This document shows, in pieces, positions 1 through 10,157 of a DNA stretch of 47,525 nucleotides. Under the pieces are notes generated by a model. That model did no database searches and was not told where the DNA came from. It saw nothing but the letters and a program-made list of their open reading frames with translations. The translations under genes were made by a program, and so were the position numbers. Each line of letters starts with the position of its first letter. The first letter of the stretch is position 1. Origin of the DNA: Planctomycetota bacterium (GTDB lineage Bacteria; Planctomycetota; Planctomycetia; JALXBF01); assembly GCA_026991575.1 (NCBI GenBank), contig JALXBF010000130.1, positions 1 to 47,525 on the forward strand. Direction: 5' to 3'.

Positions 1-981
1 CGCTGTTTTCCGGACGGCAAACGGTTTGCCGGGTTCCTGACTCAGAGCCAGTTCGTGGCTGGCAAGTGGCGTGAGCTGCTGCAACGACGGCAAGAGCCGG
101 ATCACAAGGAGGCGTGGGAAGCGGAGAAGTTGGTGCTGACCACCCGGTTGGAGAAGGTGCTGAACTGGCAAAGGCCCGCCGCAGCCAGTGTGCGCGAACT
201 GGTAGGCGCGACCCCGCAGTCAAACGGCGACTGTGCCAGCCAACAGCTCGAAATTGTCCCCGAACCGGGCATCGTCCTGCGGGCGCGGTTTCTGACGAAG
301 CGGCCCGGCCGCGAGCGGCCCGCGATCATCGTGGTCGATCCCGACGCCCGCCGTACGAACGCCCAAGACCCGCTCGTGCGCCGCCTCTTGCACGACGGCG
401 CACACCTGCTGCTACTGGAGCTGCGCGCAACCGGCTCGATGGCGGTACCACGGGACCGGATTCGCGACGCAGTTGACCACAACAGCGTGGAGTGGAGCGT
501 TTGGATCGGCCGGCCCTTGTTGGGGCTGTGGGCAATCGATATGGTGGCCGCCATCGATGTGCTGCTGCGGCGGTCCGATGTTGCCCGCCAGGGTGTGGCG
601 GTCGTCGGAGCCGGGGCCGGCGGCCTGGCTGCCATCGTGGCCGCGGCATTGGACGAGCGGATCTCGGCTGTTGCCACGCTGGGCATGCTGGCTAGCTTCA
701 GCTCAGAAGCCAACCCGAGCAACCATCGCATGGCATACTTCGTGCCGCATCTGTATCGGGTCGGTGACATCCCCACGCTCGCGGCTCTCGTCGCCCCCCG
801 ACCACTCATCCTGGCCGGACCACGCAAACTCGACGGCACGCCGCTGACCAGACGCGAAGCAGCGGACTACTTCCAGTTCACCAGCCGCGTGTACGGCTAC
901 TACGGAGCCGCTCGTGAGATCCGCCTGCTGGACGATCAGGGTGGTGTGGAACCGATCAGCCGCGCGCTTGTTGGCCTGTAA
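1..981 (+). CDS. C-terminal part of an alpha/beta-hydrolase (acetylxylan-esterase/dienelactone-hydrolase-like) protein, 5'-truncated by the window edge
   Basis: Frame is open from base 1. Motifs GRPLLG.W..D, VVGAGAGGLAA..AAALD.RI and D...LAALVAPRPL are typical of the planctomycete AXE-like family. Confidence 0.75.
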   Translation, partial: RCFPDGKRFAGFLTQSQFVAGKWRELLQRRQEPDHKEAWEAEKLVLTTRLEKVLNWQRPAAASVRELVGATPQSNGDCASQQLEIVPEPGIVLRARFLTKRPGRERPAIIVVDPDARRTNAQDPLVRRLLHDGAHLLLLELRATGSMAVPRDRIRDAVDHNSVEWSVWIGRPLLGLWAIDMVAAIDVLLRRSDVARQGVAVVGAGAGGLAAIVAAALDERISAVATLGMLASFSSEANPSNHRMAYFVPHLYRVGDIPTLAALVAPRPLILAGPRKLDGTPLTRREAADYFQFTSRVYGYYGAAREIRLLDDQGGVEPISRALVGL

Positions 982-2035
982 CCGAGGCGCGCCGCGGGAC
1001 GAGCGACGGAGGATTGGCCGCGTCGGCCAGGGCACAGGCCCACGCCTCCAGCAGGATCACTACGTGCGCCCGCCGCTCGTTCTGCTGCTGAGCGGTCACA
1101 GTGCGTTCGATCATGGTCAGCAGCGGTTCCAGCCCGACTTGGCTGGCAAGCATCGCCACGACCCGCTGCTCCCTCTCATCGGCAGCCTCCGCCGGTGCGG
1201 CTCCCACAGCAACCCGCACGGCCGACCGCAGGACGGCCAGGGCCGTGCGGAGCAAGACCGCTGCTGCCTCGCGTCGGGCCGATGCAGCCGAACCGGCCGA
1301 CTGAAGGGCTTCGTCCACGGCGGCAAGCAAGTCGGCTGCCTCCAGCGGCTGCTGCGACAGAGCCTCCAGCAATAACATCCGCAGCTTCTGCACCTGGGGC
1401 GACGCGAGCCGGATCGCGTCACTGACACTGCCTTCCGCCAGCCGGGCACAGCGGCGAGCCTCCGCCACGTCCTCGACCAGTTGCTGCTCCAGCAAGATCC
1501 GCTCGATCACCTCGGCAGAAAGCGGCCGAAACACCAGTTGCTGGCATCGCGACAGGATCGTCGGCAGGATCAGCTCAGGCGAGGTCGCAATGAGGATCAA
1601 CAGGGACCGATCCGGCGGCTCCTCGAGCGTCTTGAGCAGGCAGTTGGCCGCTGCCACGCTGAACGTTTCGGCATCGTCAACGATCACAATCTTGTACCGA
1701 CCAGAGGTGGGCTTCAGCGCCAGGGTGCGGATTACCTGTTCACGAACCAGATCGATCGGGAACTCAAGCCGGTCTTCTGGCTTGGCTACCACGACCACGT
1801 CCGGATGCGTGCCACCGACGACCTGACGGCACTGAGGGCAGCTACCGCAGGGCGCCATCTGCTCGGGGGGCACCTCCGCACATTGCAGGGTCTGCGCCAG
1901 CGCCAGGGCAAAGCGGCGGCGACCGATGCCAGGCGGTCCGACGAACAGGTAAGCATGGGCCAGGCGACCGCTGGCCAGGGTGCGCGCGAAGAAGTCCCGG
2001 ATCTCATCGTGCCCTTCAATACCAAGCCACGCCAT
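956..2035 (-). CDS. holB: DNA polymerase III subunit delta'
   Basis: HAYLFVGPPGIG P-loop, Zn module CGSCPQC, HPD, AANCLLKTLEEPP, LPTILSRCQ. Confidence 0.93.
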   Translation of the reverse strand: MAWLGIEGHDEIRDFFARTLASGRLAHAYLFVGPPGIGRRRFALALAQTLQCAEVPPEQMAPCGSCPQCRQVVGGTHPDVVVVAKPEDRLEFPIDLVREQVIRTLALKPTSGRYKIVIVDDAETFSVAAANCLLKTLEEPPDRSLLILIATSPELILPTILSRCQQLVFRPLSAEVIERILLEQQLVEDVAEARRCARLAEGSVSDAIRLASPQVQKLRMLLLEALSQQPLEAADLLAAVDEALQSAGSAASARREAAAVLLRTALAVLRSAVRVAVGAAPAEAADEREQRVVAMLASQVGLEPLLTMIERTVTAQQQNERRAHVVILLEAWACALADAANPPSLVPRRASVTGQQARG

Positions 2036-2514
2036 CAGTCGCCTTCCCCCCCTTGACCCGGCCGAATCACGGGGCCGAAGTTAACGTTGCGGATGCCGGC
2101 ACGGGTGAGCGCGTTGATGGCCGCCACCAAGTACTCGTAACGCAACCGCTCGTCCGCCCGTAACTCAACCTCCAGCTCTTCCGCCAGCACGCCGCTGGCA
2201 ATAAGCCGCACTTCACGCGTCAATTCAGCCATGCTCTCCAGTGGCGTGTTGCCCAAGGCAATGCCGACCAGCCGGCCCGACTCGTCCGCCGCCAGCTGGA
2301 CCAGCAGGGGCGGTATGGTTAGCTCCTCCTGAGGCACAGCCGAACCGGGGGGATTGATCGTCACTTCAAACTGACCCTCATGGATAATCGGCTTGAAGGT
2401 CATCAGAAAGAAGATGAGCAACTGAAACACGACGTCGATCATCGGCGTCATCGCAATCTCCGGCCGATCGACGCCGCGGGCATGCACACGTCTTGTGCTA
2501 CCGCCGCGACTCAC
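2035..2514 (-). CDS. exbD: ExbD/TolR-family biopolymer transport protein
   Basis: MTPMIDVVFQLLIFF transmembrane motif, LRADERL.Y. GTG start at 2514 overlaps the upstream TGA (GTGA). Confidence 0.88.
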   Translation of the reverse strand: MSRGGSTRRVHARGVDRPEIAMTPMIDVVFQLLIFFLMTFKPIIHEGQFEVTINPPGSAVPQEELTIPPLLVQLAADESGRLVGIALGNTPLESMAELTREVRLIASGVLAEELEVELRADERLRYEYLVAAINALTRAGIRNVNFGPVIRPGQGGEGD

Positions 2515-3014
2515 TGCTCTCGTTCCTTTGCCCGTAACGCAAACCGGTAGTAGCCGATTCTCTGGCACAGATTGATCAACCGCCAGATCGGACCGTAGGG
2601 GGTTGATCGGTCAGCGCGCAAGACGACCACCGCGCTGAGCCTGCCTTCCTTGAGCGCCCGAGCAGCCTCGCTGGTCGGATCATGCCGGGCCGTAGCAGCC
2701 ATTTCCAGCCGCGTGTACGCCGCCTCCCGTTTCAAATACGCCTCGATCTTGGCAAAGTCCCGCTGCACGTGCCAGCGTTCGCCCATTGCCAGCAGAAAGC
2801 CGTCCCGGTCGATGTTCAGGAACAGTGGCTCCTCGGTAAGTGTCTCCACCGGGCGTGCCTGATCGGCAATGGGCAAGCGGATGCGTTCGTCGATGGCGTC
2901 ACGGCTGAAGTTGAGTACGAACAGAAAGAAGGCGATGAGCTGGAAGGTGACGTCGATCATCGGCATCATTTCCAGCCGCACCGACGCAGCCTGTCGTTCA
3001 GAGCGTGCCACCAT
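2511..3014 (-). CDS. exbD: ExbD/TolR-family biopolymer transport protein
   Basis: MMPMIDVTFQLIAFF, VVLRADRSTPYG. Confidence 0.88.
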   Translation of the reverse strand: MVARSERQAASVRLEMMPMIDVTFQLIAFFLFVLNFSRDAIDERIRLPIADQARPVETLTEEPLFLNIDRDGFLLAMGERWHVQRDFAKIEAYLKREAAYTRLEMAATARHDPTSEAARALKEGRLSAVVVLRADRSTPYGPIWRLINLCQRIGYYRFALRAKEREQ

Positions 3015-3044
3015 CAGCTGCCGCCCGCAGATTCGTGCCCGCGA

Positions 3045-4016
3045 TCACTTCCTCTCCTTCTCTTCGGAAGCCTCGGCACCAGCCCGGCCGCGGCCACGAA
3101 CACTGGCAAAGCGTGTCATCAGTCGCTCGCGCTCGTTCTGCACCTCCAGCGCCAGCCGCGTCACCCGGTTCCGCAGAATCGTGTACGCAACCACGGCAGG
3201 AATCGCCTGCAACAAACCCCACACGGTCGTAATCAGCGCCATGGACACGTCGTTGGCCAGTTCGGACGGCTTCGGCGCAACGGCCGCCACCGCAATCTGG
3301 CGAAACGCCGCCACCATCCCCCACACGGTACCGAGCAGCCCGACCATCGTGGCTACGTTGGCCAGCATCGACAGGTAGCTCAACCGGTGCTCGTACGTCA
3401 GGTCCTCCTCTTCAGCCACCCCGTCCATTGCCTCGACCGCCTTCGAATAACCGGCAGACAGCTGTGCTAGTCCGGCGGCCAGCACCCGCTCCAGGTAGGA
3501 ACTGCCCGCTCGCGCCAGATCAAACGCTTCCTGGTACCGCTTCTCCTTCAGCCGCCGCTCGAACTCGCGGATGAAATTCTCCGGCAGGAAGTTGTCACGG
3601 CGTGTCTGCAGCGAGTAGAGCACGATCATGCCCACGACCAGGACTGACAACGCAAGCTGGGGCCAGAAGAAGATACCAGCTGCCCGATAGATCCAGACCA
3701 ATAACGGCGGGGCCTGCACGGGCTGGATCTCCCCCTCGGTGGCCCCCTCTGGCTCCGCCGGCATAGCATCCTCGGCCGGCTCGTCGCCAGTCTCAGGCTG
3801 CTCGTCCTGCGCGCCGGGCTCTTGCTCAGCGTCTGCGGCCGGTGCCTCGTCAGCCTCGGCCCCTGCCATGACCTCCTGCTCGTGAGCCGGCTGCTGGTCC
3901 TGCGCAGCCACCGTCCTGACCACATCGGGCGCGTCCGGCAGGAAGACGAGAACAGCGGCAATCAGTGCGACGCGAAGCGGGCCAGCCTGTTGGGAACCAG
4001 CAAGACCACGACACAT
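3045..4016 (-). CDS. exbB: MotA/TolQ/ExbB proton channel family protein with N-terminal signal and acidic linker
   Basis: ATMVGLLGTVWGMVAAF, ALITTVWGL..AIPA. Start chosen at ATG 4016 (GGAG upstream); ATG 4052 is an alternative. Confidence 0.88.
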   Translation of the reverse strand: MCRGLAGSQQAGPLRVALIAAVLVFLPDAPDVVRTVAAQDQQPAHEQEVMAGAEADEAPAADAEQEPGAQDEQPETGDEPAEDAMPAEPEGATEGEIQPVQAPPLLVWIYRAAGIFFWPQLALSVLVVGMIVLYSLQTRRDNFLPENFIREFERRLKEKRYQEAFDLARAGSSYLERVLAAGLAQLSAGYSKAVEAMDGVAEEEDLTYEHRLSYLSMLANVATMVGLLGTVWGMVAAFRQIAVAAVAPKPSELANDVSMALITTVWGLLQAIPAVVAYTILRNRVTRLALEVQNERERLMTRFASVRGRGRAGAEASEEKERK

Positions 4017-4148
4017 TCTGCAACACACTCCGGAGATCGTTGCCGACTGCATCCTGGGAGAGCTGAGCTCATGCCATCGTAGAGTAGTATAGAGTGCCGC
4101 CTCGGGCGGACGCCCGCATCGAGCAGGCACAATGCAGAGCGCGAGCCG

Positions 4149-5207
4149 ATGGATGCAAGCGTGCGCGGAGCACACAGAAGACGGCGTCGGCCAGCCGCTG
4201 CGCTGCCCCCGCCCCCCTTGCAAGGCCTCCTCTTTGCGCTGCTGCTGACAGTCGGGCTGCTGCTCGCGACCACCACGCTAATCCGTCAACCGCCACACCA
4301 GGACACTTCTCCATCGGCCACGGCCGTCGACGCCTTGTTACCGGAACAGATCGTCGAAGCTCCCTTGCTCGGCACCGCCGTTGCCACGCCCTCCGGTAGC
4401 TCCGCGGCACCAACTGCGGACCCGCCCAGCCCAGCCGCAGGCGACCGGGGCAAAGCAGAGGCGGCAGGCGAGCGGCCCAAACCGCCAACAGTCGACCATC
4501 GGCTGCTGAGCACCGTGCGCGACAAGACGCGGGCGATCCCAAAAGGAGCGTACTTTCATCTACTTGAGCTCGCGCTTCGGATTCCCGTGCAGCAGCTCGA
4601 AGCTGCTGCGGTGCGGAACCCGCCACTGGCTGAGTTGGTGCGGTACCCGGAGCGGTTCCGGGGCAAGCCGGTGATGCTGCAGGGGTACGTGCGCCGGATC
4701 ACGCTGATCGATCCAGGCCCGAATCGGCTGGGGCTGCGCTCGTTGTACGAGTGCGCCGTGTTCTCGGACGAGTTCGACCGAAATCCGTGGATCTTCGTAG
4801 TCGTTCACGTGCCCGAACAGATGCCAAAGGGCGACAACCTTGCCGAGCGTGTGACTGCTACGGGGTTCTTTCTGAAGCTGTGGGCCTACCGGGCTGGCGA
4901 CGGGCTGCGCTTCGCGCCGCTGCTGATTGGTCCTCGTCTCGTGTGGCATCCTGCCCCTGCCGGCGGCTTGGGCACGCTGAATGTGGTCCTGTTCGTGTTG
5001 CTGGTGAGCCTGGTTGCGGTGTTCGCCGCGGTGCTGTGGTGGTCGGCGCGCAGTCGTCGACGGATAGAAGCGGTGATGACACGCTCAGTAGGCACCGAGA
5101 AGCAGCCGCCGCTCGCAGAGCTTGATCAGGGCGCGCCGGAGGAGTTTCTCAAGGAGCTCGAGCAGCGTGAGCGGCAAGAGCCGCCTGCAGCGAGTCAGTC
5201 GTCATAG
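4149..5207 (+). CDS. Conserved hypothetical membrane protein (N- and C-terminal TM helices, extracytoplasmic domain)
   Basis: 352-aa ORF with two hydrophobic segments and a P..FRGKPV.L.G.VRR ... GFFLK.WAY ... APLLIG pattern. It fills the gap between exbB and galE. Confidence 0.75.
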   Translation: MDASVRGAHRRRRRPAAALPPPPLQGLLFALLLTVGLLLATTTLIRQPPHQDTSPSATAVDALLPEQIVEAPLLGTAVATPSGSSAAPTADPPSPAAGDRGKAEAAGERPKPPTVDHRLLSTVRDKTRAIPKGAYFHLLELALRIPVQQLEAAAVRNPPLAELVRYPERFRGKPVMLQGYVRRITLIDPGPNRLGLRSLYECAVFSDEFDRNPWIFVVVHVPEQMPKGDNLAERVTATGFFLKLWAYRAGDGLRFAPLLIGPRLVWHPAPAGGLGTLNVVLFVLLVSLVAVFAAVLWWSARSRRRIEAVMTRSVGTEKQPPLAELDQGAPEEFLKELEQRERQEPPAASQSS

Positions 5208-6181
5208 CCGTTGGGATGCTCCCGGTGCCACCGCCACGCCGAGGCGATGATCTGCTGGAGCTCAGGCCAGCGCGGCTCCCAGCCCAGTTCGGCTCGGATC
5301 CGCTCCACGGCTGCCACCAACTCCGGCGGATCACCTGGACGGCGATCCGCCTCCACCGCAGGGATCTCATGCCCCGTAACGGCGCGGGCCGTCTCGATCA
5401 CCTCCCGCACCGTATACCCGCGGCCGGTGCCACAATTCAAAGCCAACGCATGACCGGGGACAATCGCATCAAGTGCCCGCACGTGAGCGTCGGCCAGATC
5501 TTCCACGTGGACGAAGTCGCGCACGCAGGTGCCGTCGCGCGTGGCATAGTCGGTGCCGAAGATCTGCACGTGCGGCCGCTTCCCCAGCGCGACCTGGAGC
5601 ACGAGCGGGATCAGGTGCGTCTCGTGCCGATGATGCTCGCCCAGGCGACCGTCCAGCGACGCGCCGGCAGCATTGAAATACCGCAACATCACGGCGCCAA
5701 GACCGTGCGCGCGAGCGTAGTCCCGGATCGCCTGTTCGACAGCGTACTTCGTGAAGCCATACGGGTTGATCGGCCGTTGCGGATGGTCCTCCGGAATGGG
5801 CACAACCTCTGGCACGCCGTAGGTGGCAGCAGAGCTCGAGAACACAAGCCTGCGAACGCCGCTATCAAGCATCGCAGCCAGAAGCGACAGGCTGGCGCCG
5901 ACATTGTTCTCGTAATACTTCCGCGGATTGGCCACAGACTCTGCCACCAGCGCCGACGCGGCGAAGTGGATCACGGCATCGCACCCGAAGTGTTTCAGCG
6001 TCTCGGCCACGCCCGCGTAGTCCCTCAGGTCCCGCTGCACCAGCGGCACTCCCTCCGGCACCGCCGCGCGATGACCTTCAGAGAGGTTGTCCAAGACCAC
6101 GACCTCGTGCCCGCAGCGGCATAGCGCCGCTACGGTCACACTGCCGATATAGCCGGCCCCACCGGTCACGAGTACGCGCAT
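5195..6181 (-). CDS. galE: UDP-glucose 4-epimerase
   Basis: MRVLVTGGAGYIGS, FSSSAATYG, NPYGFTK (YxxxK), LRYFNAAGA, DGTCVRDFVHV. Start is the ATG at 6181. Confidence 0.95.
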   Translation of the reverse strand: MRVLVTGGAGYIGSVTVAALCRCGHEVVVLDNLSEGHRAAVPEGVPLVQRDLRDYAGVAETLKHFGCDAVIHFAASALVAESVANPRKYYENNVGASLSLLAAMLDSGVRRLVFSSSAATYGVPEVVPIPEDHPQRPINPYGFTKYAVEQAIRDYARAHGLGAVMLRYFNAAGASLDGRLGEHHRHETHLIPLVLQVALGKRPHVQIFGTDYATRDGTCVRDFVHVEDLADAHVRALDAIVPGHALALNCGTGRGYTVREVIETARAVTGHEIPAVEADRRPGDPPELVAAVERIRAELGWEPRWPELQQIIASAWRWHREHPNGYDD

Positions 6182-6397
6182 CCGTCCTGCTCCCAGAGTC
6201 GGTCCGCTCGGCTGTCGCCAGGTCACTGAAGTGTAGCTTGCTGGCCCGGCGCTATCGGCCACGGCACAGAACAGATCGGCCGCCACCCGCGTGAACGATG
6301 CTGCCCGGTCGCGAATAACATAAACGTGCGGTGAGGCTTCCGTCTGAGTTGGCTTCGGTGGACGATGTACGGCCGATGCGGCCGGGGGGGTGCGGCA

Positions 6398-8242
6398 ATG
6401 GCCAGGAACGGGCGAGGACCCAGGCACGTGTTCGGCTGGAGCGACTACCGGTGGCTTCGAGAGCACGAGCGCGGTGAACTGCGTGCGGCGTTGGAAGACC
6501 GAGTCCCGCACCGCTCGCCCATCACCGCTTGGCTCGCCTTCGCCCTGATTGCTCTGGTGCTCTACATCCTGTCGGCTCTCGTTCTGGCAGCACCACCACC
6601 GCCCTACGGAGCCACTGCGGCGACCACCGCCGCTGCCAGTTCAGTCTCAAGAGGGAACGCCTTGTTGCAGAACGGCTGGAACCTGCTGCGGCCGACCGTG
6701 ACGTTAGCCGTCGCCCAGGTTCCTGGATCGCGGTCTTCTTCGGCCAGCAGCTCCGGCACCCGGCCAGCTGGTCGGCCAGGTTTTGGCCAGCCTGACGTGC
6801 GCAGCGGTCAGGCTATCGATTTCGACACGTTGATCGAACTGATCAAGTCGACTGTCGCACCGGACACCTGGGAAGACGCTGGAGGCGCGGGCACGATTGC
6901 CGACTTTCCCGGTGGCGTGTACGTGGACGCTAAGGGGATACTTCGTTTTCGCCAGGCCGCGGAACCGGCCGCCGAGGAGCTTGCCAAACGTCGCCGCGCG
7001 GCAGCCAGATCGGAGGCAACGGCTGGGGACGCCGGCTCACGAGCACCGTTCCGTAAAGTGTCCCTCACCCGGCTTGAACGAGCCATCGCCCGGCGGCTGG
7101 CACAGGGCAAGCCACCGACCGAGGAGATGAAATACCTGGCCGGCTTGACCGAGGCCCGTCACCTCTTCGTGTACCCCGACACGGGCGATCTGGTCATTGC
7201 CGGGCCGGCCGAGCCGTGGATGACGGCCGAAGGCGGGGCGGTTGCCGTTGGTCAATTTTCAGGCAAACCAGTGTTGCACCTCGATGATTTCGTGACGCTG
7301 CTTCGTGTGGTCAGCCCCAGTGGCCCGGGCGTCTTTGCCTGCGGGATCTACCCTACCCGGGAAGGCTTGGTCAAGGTCCAGCAATACCTCAAGAGCCACC
7401 AGCTCCGGAGCTTTTCGCCATCGGCCCGCGCCCGTTTCATGAACGGCCTCAAGCAGGCGCTCGGGCCGCAAGAGGTGCGCATCTGGGGGGTGCCTGCCAC
7501 GTCACGCGTCGGGTTCATTCTGGTGGCCGCCGACTACCACATGAAGCTCGTGGGTATCGACCTCGTTGACACCAGCCCCGAACTGCCAAGTTACCTGGAT
7601 CTTCTGCGTGTGCCGCCCAGCGGCCGGCTGCCGGCACTGGAGACCCTGCGGTGGTGGTTTGTGCCGGAGTACGAAGCGATTACAGCGACACCAGGCAACG
7701 ACGCCTTCCGTCTGGAAGGCTGCGGCGTTCGGCTGCTGGCTGAGAATGAGTTTCTGCTGGAGACGGGACATCGGGTCCGAACTGGTACTGCGTCGCTGTT
7801 GAACAAAGCGTTCGCCCGCCGGTTCACCGAGCAGTTCGAAGAGCTAGCCGATCGGTTCCAGATCTACGCTGAGCTTCGCAATATTTTCGACCTGACCACC
7901 ATCGCGTCGCTTGTGGTGAACTATGAGCTGGACCGCCGCGTGAACTGGGACCATGGCGTCTTTGCCACCGACGGACCGTACCGGCCGGCCAGGTGGGCCA
8001 CCCCCCGGTGGGTTGACAGCGTGGTGAACCAGCGCGTGTTAACGAGCCACTCGATTCGAGCCGGGCGGCGGGTTCGGACCAGGCACCTGATCACGGTCGT
8101 CAGCGGTGGCGTGGTCGTGAATCCGTGGCCCACCGTCCATCGAACCCGGAAAGCCTCCACTCGTTCCGCCCAGTCACCCGCCACGCCGCTGCCACCTGCG
8201 CCGCCACTACCAGACGATCCACACCAATGGTGGTGGGACTAG
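6398..8242 (+). CDS. DUF1598-domain protein (planctomycete-type, N-terminal TM/signal)
   Basis: DFDTLIELIKSTVAPDTW, KVSLTRLE, GDLVIAGPAE, AADYHMK, RWWF, YAELRNIFD, GGV and a WWWD C-terminus match my recollection of DUF1598. Start uncertain (6365 or 6398). Confidence 0.7.
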   Translation: MARNGRGPRHVFGWSDYRWLREHERGELRAALEDRVPHRSPITAWLAFALIALVLYILSALVLAAPPPPYGATAATTAAASSVSRGNALLQNGWNLLRPTVTLAVAQVPGSRSSSASSSGTRPAGRPGFGQPDVRSGQAIDFDTLIELIKSTVAPDTWEDAGGAGTIADFPGGVYVDAKGILRFRQAAEPAAEELAKRRRAAARSEATAGDAGSRAPFRKVSLTRLERAIARRLAQGKPPTEEMKYLAGLTEARHLFVYPDTGDLVIAGPAEPWMTAEGGAVAVGQFSGKPVLHLDDFVTLLRVVSPSGPGVFACGIYPTREGLVKVQQYLKSHQLRSFSPSARARFMNGLKQALGPQEVRIWGVPATSRVGFILVAADYHMKLVGIDLVDTSPELPSYLDLLRVPPSGRLPALETLRWWFVPEYEAITATPGNDAFRLEGCGVRLLAENEFLLETGHRVRTGTASLLNKAFARRFTEQFEELADRFQIYAELRNIFDLTTIASLVVNYELDRRVNWDHGVFATDGPYRPARWATPRWVDSVVNQRVLTSHSIRAGRRVRTRHLITVVSGGVVVNPWPTVHRTRKASTRSAQSPATPLPPAPPLPDDPHQWWWD

Positions 8243-8565
8243 TTGCTAGAAGCGTCTGATGCACTTAGCGGCCGCCCGGTACGATCGCGTCGCCGCCCCA
8301 CGGAGCGGGGTGGTGCGAAGCCCGGACGACGGGAAGGTTCTGTCGGACTGCCGGTTGGTCGTTGTATCGTCGCTATCTCCCGGGCTAGCGGACACTTTCT
8401 CCACCGCCTCGAGCAGGCACGGCTCCGTGGAGCTGATCGTGTCGGTTACGCGAAATCGGCCGCTCAAGGACGATGGGCGGGGGACTGCCTCTAGTTGGAC
8501 CAGGCCTCCGAGCCTACCGACGGTGTACCGGGCGGATCGGTTGTCGGGCGAGGTCCAGGAGGTCG

Positions 8566-10026
8566 TCAGCGGGCGCGTAGGCGGCCGCGCAGGGCGGCCT
8601 TCCGCTCGGCAAGTAACCGGGCTTCGGGTAGCTTCCTGTAGAGCGGGTCTAGCGGGTAGCAGCCAGAACGCAAGCCGTTTCGAGGAGCAGTGGTACAGTC
8701 GCTGAACGTGCGGCAGATCTTGCGCCGCTGGAGCGGACGGCCTTCCAGCACGTCGCGGGCAAGTTCTGGGTATGGAAGCATCGAGCGGCCTAGTCCGACA
8801 AAATCTGCCCATCGCTCCCGAATCACCCCCTGACTGACCTGTGGGATCCACTCCTGCAGGTACGACAATCCCGACGCCACGATGATCAACTCCGGAAAAG
8901 CCTGCTTGGCGACGCGTGCTGCCTCCAACAGACGAGCCACACCGACAAGCGGGTCCTCGGGAGGCAGGTAGCCGTCGGAGGGGGGATAAGCTGCCGGTCG
9001 TTGGATGTGCGGGTTGTAGTACGGACTGCCCGCCGAAATACACACGAGCCGGATGCCAAGATCGCGGCAGATGCGTAGGAACTCGAGCGGTTCGCGCCAA
9101 TCGACGCCCTGCCCGGAGCCGTCACCCCCAAATGCGTATCGGTAAGGTGGTCTCAGCGCGGGCTGGCCGATGCCATCCGGGCCTGGCCGGAATGGCACAA
9201 AGTCGAAGAAACTCACCCTGACGGCCACTTCAAGCCCGGGCACCTCGGCGTGGATGCCTTCAACAACCGTGCGCAGAAAGCGTGTTCGGTTCTCCAAGGG
9301 TCCACCGTATCGGCCTGAGCGATCAAACGCCGACAACAGTTCGTGCCCCAGATAGCCATGGCAGTGTTTGATATCCACGAACTCGAAACCCGCACGGTGG
9401 GCGCGCTTCGCGGCAGCGACGAAGTCATCGACCAGTCGATCCAGCTCCTCGTCCGAAAGCGGTTCGTCCGCTGGTGTGATGCCCACTCGGTGATCCAGCC
9501 ATGGGTGGTGATAGATGAAGCGGGGCTCGTGCTTGCCATGCTCATGAGGGCAGGAGAAGCGGCCGGAATGGGTAAGCTGCAAGCCGACCAGCAGGTCATC
9601 GTCCCGGCCGAACGCCTCGCGGTGCGCATCGACCAGCTCTTCGCGCAACCGCCCCAGCGCCGCCACGTTGGCCTCGACCAGACAGAGCTGGTTCGGATTG
9701 GCGCGACCGTCAGGCCGAACAGCAACAGCTTCTCCCCCCCAGATCAGCGCAGCACCACTCTGGCCAAACCGGCGCCACCGTCGCACGGTTAGCTCACCTG
9801 GTCGGCCATCGCGCGTACCATCCCAGCCCTCCATGGGCAGCACGCAGAACCGGTTCGCCAGCCGCTTGCCGCAGAGCTCGATCGGTCGGCTCAGCGCTGC
9901 ATCGGGCCCGGTGTGCACCTGCTCGTCCACCGGCAACTCCACCCCCAGGCCGCGCAGGTGCTCCCTCAGCGCGTCAGCATCGGCAAACGAGCCCGGCCGC
10001 GGGTAGCGTCTCTTGGCTGCGGTCAT
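8566..10026 (-). CDS. NADH:flavin oxidoreductase (old yellow enzyme family)
   Basis: [46 protein letters not shown]. Confidence 0.88.
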   Translation of the reverse strand: MTAAKRRYPRPGSFADADALREHLRGLGVELPVDEQVHTGPDAALSRPIELCGKRLANRFCVLPMEGWDGTRDGRPGELTVRRWRRFGQSGAALIWGGEAVAVRPDGRANPNQLCLVEANVAALGRLREELVDAHREAFGRDDDLLVGLQLTHSGRFSCPHEHGKHEPRFIYHHPWLDHRVGITPADEPLSDEELDRLVDDFVAAAKRAHRAGFEFVDIKHCHGYLGHELLSAFDRSGRYGGPLENRTRFLRTVVEGIHAEVPGLEVAVRVSFFDFVPFRPGPDGIGQPALRPPYRYAFGGDGSGQGVDWREPLEFLRICRDLGIRLVCISAGSPYYNPHIQRPAAYPPSDGYLPPEDPLVGVARLLEAARVAKQAFPELIIVASGLSYLQEWIPQVSQGVIRERWADFVGLGRSMLPYPELARDVLEGRPLQRRKICRTFSDCTTAPRNGLRSGCYPLDPLYRKLPEARLLAERKAALRGRLRAR

Positions 10027-10157
10027 TGCTTTCCCGCCGCGTGTCGTGCAGTACACTGGTCCGGTGAGCATGCCTTCCATCGTATGCTGGCGCAGGCGGC
10101 GCTGACCCACACGCGTCGATGGCGACGTGAACGGCTCTCTGCATCGGGACGACTGCC

